The notes under the pieces are model-generated. The model made no database searches. It was not told where the DNA came from and saw nothing but the letters and a program-made list of their open reading frames with translations. Positions 62,164-64,000 of a stretch of 64,000 nt of DNA are shown here, in pieces. The DNA is from an uncultured Desulfatitalea sp. (GTDB lineage: Bacteria > Desulfobacterota > Desulfobacteria > Desulfobacterales > Desulfosarcinaceae). The position numbers were made by a program, and so were the translations under genes. Location: contig CAXXMB010000002.1 in NCBI GenBank assembly GCA_963668675.2, forward strand, positions 2,368,001 to 2,432,000. The letters run 5' to 3'. Positions within the stretch are counted from its first letter, which is position 1. Every line of letters begins with the position of its first letter.

Positions 62164-63843
62164 TTAGTTCGCCACCCGTCCGCCATCGGCCAGGAAGTCG
62201 CCCACGTAGAGCAGATACTCGAACGGCATTTTATCCGGGCCGACCTGCGCCCAGATGGTGCCCAGGGTGCCCCGGGTCACGTGCTCCTCCCGGGCGTATC
62301 CGGCTTTGGACACGATCGCCACCGGGGTTTCGGCGGCGTAGTGTTTGGAGAGGCTGTCGATAAAATGCTTGAATTCGTTGCGCATGGTAAAGAGCACCAT
62401 GGTGCTGCCGTGCACGGCCATTTCATCCACGGTCCAGCCCGAAGCGAGCAGCACCGAGTGGCTGTTTTTGCCCTGGGTCACACCGGCCTGCAGGGCGGCG
62501 TTTGCGGCGTTGAAGCAGCTTAAACCAGGCACCACCTCGGTGGGCAGGTCGCGCAGGGCGGTCAGCGACCAGGAGCAGGGGCCGTAAATCAGCGGGTCAC
62601 CGGTGTCCAGCATGGCCACGGTTTGCCCCTTGGCCACGGCTTCGCGCACCCGCCGTTCGAAATCGGCCTGTTTCTCGTGGTACGCTTCGCAGCTCATGCG
62701 CTCTCTGGCCCGTTCAGCCGGCGTGACTTCCGAACACGTCTTGCCGTAAAAGGGAAAGAGCCGGCCGTAGCCGTCCAGCACGTTCTTGCCCTTCAGCAGG
62801 GAAGCATAGCGTTTCTGGTATTTGCCGCTGGCGAAGATCAGGTCGGCCTCTTCGATCACCCGCATGGCGCGCAGGCTGGCCAGGTCGGCATCGCCGGGCC
62901 CCATGCCCACCAGGTAGAATTTCCCCGGTCCGGTCGGGGCCTGTTCACCGTCGGGCCTGTACTGTGAACGGGCCAGGGCTTTGCCCACATAGACGATCGA
63001 AAGCCGGGTGTCCTGGTCCGCAATCCTGGCGCCGATGTCGGCCACCGTGCCCAATACGGCCCTCTCGCGGTTCGCACAGCCGGCGCGGATGACCACGGCG
63101 ACGGGGGTGTCGGCCGGGTAGGCCGCCGCCAATCGCCTGATCAGGTCGGGCATGTTCCGCGGCATGAAGATCACCATGGTGGCCCGTTCGTGCCCGGCAA
63201 GCTGCTCGATGGTGTCCGTGCGGCCCGGACGCTGGAAGGGGGCCGTGATGATCACCTCCCCCATGCCGCCCTTCAGAACGGCGTTGGCCGCGTTGAGGGC
63301 GCTGATGCCGGGGATGATGGTGGGCTTGAACTCGCCGAGCGCCTTGATGGTCCACAGGTCGGGCCCGTAGATGGTGGGGTCGCCGCCGCTGAGCATCACC
63401 ACATGCCGCCCGGATGACACCGCCGTGCGCACCATGGCGATGAATTCCGCCTGTTTGCGGTGAAACGCTTCGCAGGTCTTGCCGTGCCAGGTGCGCTCCT
63501 TTTCCGGAACCTGGCTGCAGTCACGGCCGTAGAAGCGGAACAGGACCCCGTAGCCGTCCTCCACCTGCTTGGCGCTGAAATCGACGACCGGTGCGAGTTT
63601 CTCCCGGGTTTGGGCGCTGCAGAAGACCATGTCCGCCTTTTGGATCGCTTCTATGGCGCGCACGGTGAGCAGGTCGGCGTCCCCCGGACCGATGCCGACC
63701 AGGGTGTAGCTGCCGGTTGCGGTCGGATTGGCCTGGGACTGCCGAGTGTCGGATTGGCCCGCGCAGCCAGCCGTGATGGCCCACAAGCCTACCAGCAGTA
63801 GAATAAATAGATGGGGTATATAAATTGTTTTTCTAGAGTACAT
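62164..63843 (-). CDS. Tandem two-domain tetrapyrrole (corrin/porphyrin) methyltransferase-family protein with predicted lipoprotein signal
   Basis: LVG(I/M)GPGDADL, GDP.IYG, PG(I/L)S and TPVA.V each occur twice; N-terminal RK + hydrophobic stretch + TAGC; AAGGAG SD. Confidence 0.88.
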   Translation of the reverse strand: MYSRKTIYIPHLFILLLVGLWAITAGCAGQSDTRQSQANPTATGSYTLVGIGPGDADLLTVRAIEAIQKADMVFCSAQTREKLAPVVDFSAKQVEDGYGVLFRFYGRDCSQVPEKERTWHGKTCEAFHRKQAEFIAMVRTAVSSGRHVVMLSGGDPTIYGPDLWTIKALGEFKPTIIPGISALNAANAVLKGGMGEVIITAPFQRPGRTDTIEQLAGHERATMVIFMPRNMPDLIRRLAAAYPADTPVAVVIRAGCANRERAVLGTVADIGARIADQDTRLSIVYVGKALARSQYRPDGEQAPTGPGKFYLVGMGPGDADLASLRAMRVIEEADLIFASGKYQKRYASLLKGKNVLDGYGRLFPFYGKTCSEVTPAERARERMSCEAYHEKQADFERRVREAVAKGQTVAMLDTGDPLIYGPCSWSLTALRDLPTEVVPGLSCFNAANAALQAGVTQGKNSHSVLLASGWTVDEMAVHGSTMVLFTMRNEFKHFIDSLSKHYAAETPVAIVSKAGYAREEHVTRGTLGTIWAQVGPDKMPFEYLLYVGDFLADGGRVAN

Positions 63844-63862
63844 AGTGATCTTCTCCTTCTTT

Positions 63863-64000
63863 CTATAGATCAACTTGGAAACTTGCGCCGTAGTTGCGTT
63901 CCGTGGCCGGATGACCCGACGCGTTGTAGTAGTCTTCGTCGAAGATGTTCTTGACCCACAGTTTCATGATGCCGTTTTTCAAGGCGCCGATTTGTTTGAA
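63863..64000 (-). CDS. TonB-dependent receptor, C-terminal 45 aa (5'-truncated by window edge)
   Basis: Manual translation FKQIGALKNGIMKLWVKNIFDEDYYNASGHPATERNYGASFQVDL*; NIFDxxY...PxxxRxY terminal beta-strand signature. Confidence 0.8.
   Translation of the reverse strand, partial: FKQIGALKNGIMKLWVKNIFDEDYYNASGHPATERNYGASFQVDL

Noticed and set aside
62164..63843. Assigning cobM, cbiF or cobA to the double methylase
   Set aside because: The signal peptide, duplication, Cys inserts and lack of neighbouring cobalamin genes argue against a specific ortholog call.

Overview
A 64-kb stretch of GC-rich bacterial chromosome. Gene content and style point to a sulfate-reducer-like Desulfobacterota (inference, no database search). 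It is mostly housekeeping: RND permease + TolC, htpG, ftsE-ftsX-envC-ctpA-yibQ, pyrE, murB, queD, dnaJ, menG/ubiE, psd, the tRNA-Gly-rimP-nusA-infB-rbfA-nrnA-truB-rpsO-pnp-M16-dut cluster, infC-rpmI-rplT-pheS-pheT-merR, and dgt, interspersed with signalling and small accessory genes. I see no CRISPR array, prophage, integrase or transposase. The best candidate for an undescribed system is the minus-strand operon at the right edge. It comprises a TonB-dependent receptor (C-terminus only, absent from the ORF track), an apparently exported lipoprotein of two tandem tetrapyrrole-methyltransferase domains, two exported proteins with predicted N-terminal His (DUF4198/NikL-like) and an APC permease, followed by a truncated TrmO-like gene. 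Other signals: a 180-nt nested palindrome family with fully compensated arm substitutions, a multi-stem element between ftsE and pyrE, a betaproteobacterial-looking MurB, an ATA-initiated infC, and a histidine kinase with an atypical H-box. All calls come from motif recognition and manual base-pairing.
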